64,000 bases of DNA from Macrostomum lignano (taxonomy: Eukaryota): NCBI GenBank assembly GCA_002269645.1, contig NIVC01000591.1:248001-312000 (forward strand), written 5' to 3'. Positions 60,004-64,000 of the stretch are shown piece by piece. A program made the translations under genes and the position numbers. A model generated the notes under the pieces. That model had not been told where the DNA came from and made no database searches. It was given only the letters and a program-made list of their open reading frames with translations. The first letter of the stretch is position 1; each line of letters opens with the position of its first letter.

Positions 60004-60982
60004 CCTGAACTCGTTCAGTACATTTCTAAGCATTACTACTACTGCTAGATTAGCAGAAAAGTAGCGAGGCAAGGATTTTATACAGAAAATTGGTGTAGAG
60101 TCGGTGGCGAACGCTGTCATCAAAGGCTTTTTTGTTGTTGTATCCATGCATATTCGGCTGTCATGTTGTAATTCACAACGTGTTTGTAAGTACTTTCTAT
60201 GATGCACTATCTTTAGTCTCAATATTTTTTTTGAAACTTAAAGAAGCCATATTAGTTTCCTGTTTTAATAAAAAATAACACAATATTTGGCATTAGCGAG
60301 TAATGGTCACCTAGTTAGAGACAAACCATTTTCAGTGTAGTGGATGAGAATGACACGAGGAATTTGAGGGTTTCAACCAAATCTCTAAAGGATCTTGTTA
60401 CAGTTATTACCAAACCAATAGCTGTTGTGTTAATCTGTTTTGACTTGTTTTAGCTGACCCACAGTTGAAAGCGCTGACCGCACGCCTGCTCATTATAGCC
60501 ATAGCTTATCAAATCCATTTTGCTTACAATTTTTCTTTCTCAAAGCTCATCGAGTCTCGAGTCTGTAATGATGCAGTGTTTTTTATCGAACAAACTTTAT
60601 AAACGCGCACCAATCGTTCTGTCATGAACAAATTTATTTTCTCAAAAATAAAAAAACACTTGTGCTGCAGTACTGATTGTTCATCGCCCAGATAATCTGG
60701 CTTCATGTTTTTGTTTGTCTGTTTTTACTCTAAAGACTCATTGATGAGTCAACATGGCTGAGACACAAGCGGGTGCAACGACAGCCCTAGATCAATAGAA
60801 ATCCGACCCGATCAAGGCTTCATATCTCATCTCATCTCTCATCTGGCACTTTAGATAGGGAAAAGTTTGCCAACCCCTGGTGTACAAGTATGGCTAATAA
60901 AAATATATCAATTTCTATTATAAATCTAGTCTAAAAAACAAGTCAGAGTTCAAAGTCTTTTCAAAGTTTAACAAATCTCTTG

Positions 60983-62519
60983 TCAAAGTATTTCGCAAGT
61001 TGAAGATGAAGCTCCGCCACTTTCGCCAGCCTCTTCGCCCAGCTCCTGGTCAGTTCGTTGAGCCTTTTTTGCTTGCTGATGAGACTGGACTCTGTCGGAG
61101 GTGAATCAGTTTAGTTTAGCCGAAGCTTAGTAATAGTATTGGAAGCAGACCTCCAAATTATAAACCTCGGGTATAGGTTCGTAGACAACTGTAGATTCAA
61201 CCAGGGGATTTTATTGTGGGGGTGGGGGCAAAGCCAAGAATTTTGGCGCCACTGGCACTCATTTCGGCGCTGCAGGCACTCGTTTTGGCGCTGCAGGTAC
61301 TCATTTTGGCGCCGCAGGCACTCATTTCGGCGCTGCAGGCACTCGTTTTGGCGCTGCAGGTACTCATTTTGGCGCCGCAGGCACTCATTTTGGCGCCGCA
61401 GGCACTCATTTCGGCGCTGCAGGCACTCATTTTGGCGCTGCAGGCACTCATTTTGGCGCCGCAGGTACTCATTTTGGCGCTGCAGGCACTCATGAGTTTT
61501 GGCGCCGCAGGCACTCATTTTAGCGCTGCAGGCACTCATTTTAGCGCCACAGGCACTCATTTTGGCGCCGCAGGCACTCATTTTGGCGCTGCAGGCACTC
61601 ATTTTGGCGTCGCAGGCACTCATTTTGGCGCCGCAGGCACTCATTTTGGCGTTTCAGGCACTCATTTTGGCGCCGCAGGCATTCATTTTGGCGCCGCAGG
61701 CACTCAGTCAGGTGCCTAGCAACCCCAGCCTCACCTCCTATTCTCCTGGCTATCGGCAGCAGCTCTGCCGAACTCCTCCCTACTGAATGCTCCGCGCGTC
61801 TGCCGCCTCTGAAACCTGGCGTTGAGTCCGCCGTCAGCTCCTCGGTTGTCAGCAATGAATCCAGCTTCATCGTCTTCGATCACGGCGTCAGCCTCGCCAC
61901 CGCTGACGGCAATCGCTGGCGGCTCGCTGAAAGTGACGTTGCGATTGCCGGCAGCGTTGAGCGGCTGCCCAGGCAGCTCTCGGTCATCGTCTGGAGACGG
62001 CGCTGGCGCCTGCTGCACTGCTACGATGGCGTAGCCACGTCTAGACCGACTGATCATCGGGTCGTTGAAGAAGTGATACTGGTCCAGCGAGGCCGTGCCC
62101 TGCTCAGACTGACGCAGGCCACCTCGTCGACCTCTTGGCGCCTCCTGCTGCGACTGCTGCACCTCGGAGCGGTCCGTCTGAATCGGACTAAAATTGTCAT
62201 CGTACTCCAAGCTGGGATAGGCGACCTGCGGCGGGTTGAACTCCATCAGCACCGGCCCAGAGTACTCGGTGCTGTTAATCTGGCGCAGGTGCCGGTCGCG
62301 AGCCTCTGCTCGACGCCGTCGTTCGAATTTTTCCCACTGGCGACACTTGTGCGGCAGGCCGCCGCTGCGCCAGCCGATGGGAAACGGCGACGGGTGGCGG
62401 CCCAGCTGGCAGACGACGCAACGATGCGTCACGGGGTCGCGGATGTGCGGCATGTGGATCTCCGACGATTCTATAGTCAGCGAGCTGAGATTCTGCGTCA
62501 GGCAACGAATCTGCAGCTT
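60983..62519 (-). CDS. Unknown protein with a Cys/His cluster and C-terminal CaaX-like motif (CEIL); exons about 62519 (or ATG 62453)-61735 and 61091-60983
   Basis: 240-aa GC-rich ORF ending at donor AG|GTGAGG. The phase-2 acceptor CCGACAG gives RVQSHQQ...SSSTCEIL*. The 5' end is uncertain (possible 46-nt intron 62565-62520 and a 39-nt upstream exon). Confidence 0.65.
61245..61705. repeat. 21-bp minisatellite (TTTTGGCGCCGCAGGCACTCA) in the intron of the minus-strand gene
   Basis: About 21 copies. Confidence 0.95.
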
Positions 62520-64000
62520 CTTAAATTTTTAAAGCAACGCTTGGCAAATAAAGTAAAACACTCACTACAACGCTACGCTGTGTTGAGCAAATATTTGAGC
62601 AAAACTAATAGGTGAGCCTCGTGTACCTATTAAGTCAATATAGCTATATATCTAAGTAATTAATGCTCATTCTAGCTTAGACATGTATAGATGGCTCATT
62701 CCAGTCCAAAGTTGACGAGAATTAATTGATTAAAGGAATATTATACGGTTAATACCTGCTTGCATTTATTTTAATGGATCAAGTTGCGTTATTTGTGCAT
62801 GCAGTTTAGCAAGTCACATTATCGATTAAATTAAACGTTGAATTTCGATTTAAATCAGTTGCGCACATTTATAAATTTGTTCTCTTCCATGTACCACAAT
62901 CAAGTAGTTTTATTATGTACATGTTTACTGCACATGAGCAACTCTTACAAATATGCTCATAATCTATAACACCTAGCTTACATGTAGATGTACACAAATG
63001 TATATCATGCAACTTTCAAAGCAATGCAAAACTACATGTAAAGTTCTGTTTTTGCTTTTCGACCTTAGACTATAGGCAATATTAGAAATTAGAACTATTT
63101 TTTAATGTACGTGTATAAAAAGACATACCCATGATTTATCCAAACATTTGAAAGTACATTTACGCATATGTATACTTTAGGTCATGTGAACAGCTCGTGT
63201 GAATTTTATGATGGTGTTCCTTCATTAGTTATTCTACGGCCATGGATTTGTCAGCCTACTCGCTACAGTTCTAATGATTAAAGTTCTTCCAGATAAATAA
63301 AACGTGCTCTGTGCGTTAAATATTACGTTTACAAATATTTGGTTCTAAACATGTAACATATCGTCTAATGTGTTGCATACAGCTCGTAGATCAGTTTTAC
63401 GGCGACACTTGTTACATGTGCATGCACATGCAATTGATGAGATGTAGATAGACGCTTGCAAATAAGTAGTTACTTCGCTGTTATTCAGAAATTTTATTGA
63501 GTAGAATGATCTGTATAAATTTTTAATGATTGGTACAACTCATAATTATTATTTTCTCGATAAAACCGGGATTGTAAGTTATAACAAATAATTGTAAGAA
63601 TAGTACCATCTAGAGCATAAATACAAAAATAAATTTCAATTGCGTCTATGTAAAAATTTTATTAAAAAAATATTCTAAAAAATTATTATCATAATTTGCT
63701 GTCATCATGGTAACAACTACGAGTAGCTACTCTCAATTTTAACTTTCATTAGACACACATTTATTGAATTGCCCTGATTTTTTCATTCCGTTATCCAATA
63801 TACTAATTATTGGGCTAAATTCCATACGGAATGTCTAAAAAACGAGGAAAGAGCGCATCTGGCCCCTCAGGGCCGTCAAAATGGGAGACAGCACTTTCAA
63901 CTCTACCGTTAAACGAGGTAATGTGGTGATGAGTAAGATGGTACATTGACAAAAACAAGAACTAGTTTTGCATGTAACATGTTGTCTTATCTGTCAACAA

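Noticed and set aside
60955-61091. Alternative helical reading (ESSLISKQKRLNEL...) of the last orphan-gene exon
   Set aside because: It needs a phase-1 donor, and that frame of the upstream exon is closed by a TGA near 61880. Retained only as a caveat.
62073-62615. 180-aa plus-strand ORF
   Set aside because: Antisense shadow of the GC-rich minus-strand exon.

Overview
Eukaryotic, repeat-dense animal genomic DNA with no prokaryotic features. The landscape of GC-rich exons, short AT-rich introns and long introns filled with minisatellites suggests a free-living flatworm such as Macrostomum, but this is inference only. I reconstructed spliced gene models by hand, checking GT-AG junctions and phases. 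On +: a C-type lectin plus PAN/apple gene interrupted by an in-frame TAA (238-978), an Islet-like LIM-homeobox gene (4797-7120), an IAP-like BIR-UBA-RING gene (about 12669-17506), two tandem secreted PAN-like + fibrinogen-domain genes (18513-19960 and 23351-26448), and an RGK (Rad/Gem/Rem) GTPase (55165-60003). On -: CDC50/TMEM30 (30213-34611) and an unrecognised protein ending in a CaaX-like motif (60983 to about 62519). Mobile elements: a CORE-type tRNA SINE, a decayed Ty3/Gypsy pol, two RNase H-bearing non-LTR fragments (one with a 13-bp TSD), and three MITE loci, one being a copy nested inside an inverted copy of itself. About 30 tandem arrays explain most of the long ORFs in the six-frame track, which are artefacts. 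The most unusual signals are (CTGT)n arrays starting 14-15 nt after 5' splice sites, a minisatellite caught expanding from a seed still present in the paralogous gene, a 17-mer array of acceptor-like sites upstream of the true acceptor, a recurring GAGWC core in unrelated minisatellites, and the tandem PAN-FReD lectin pair with uneven divergence.
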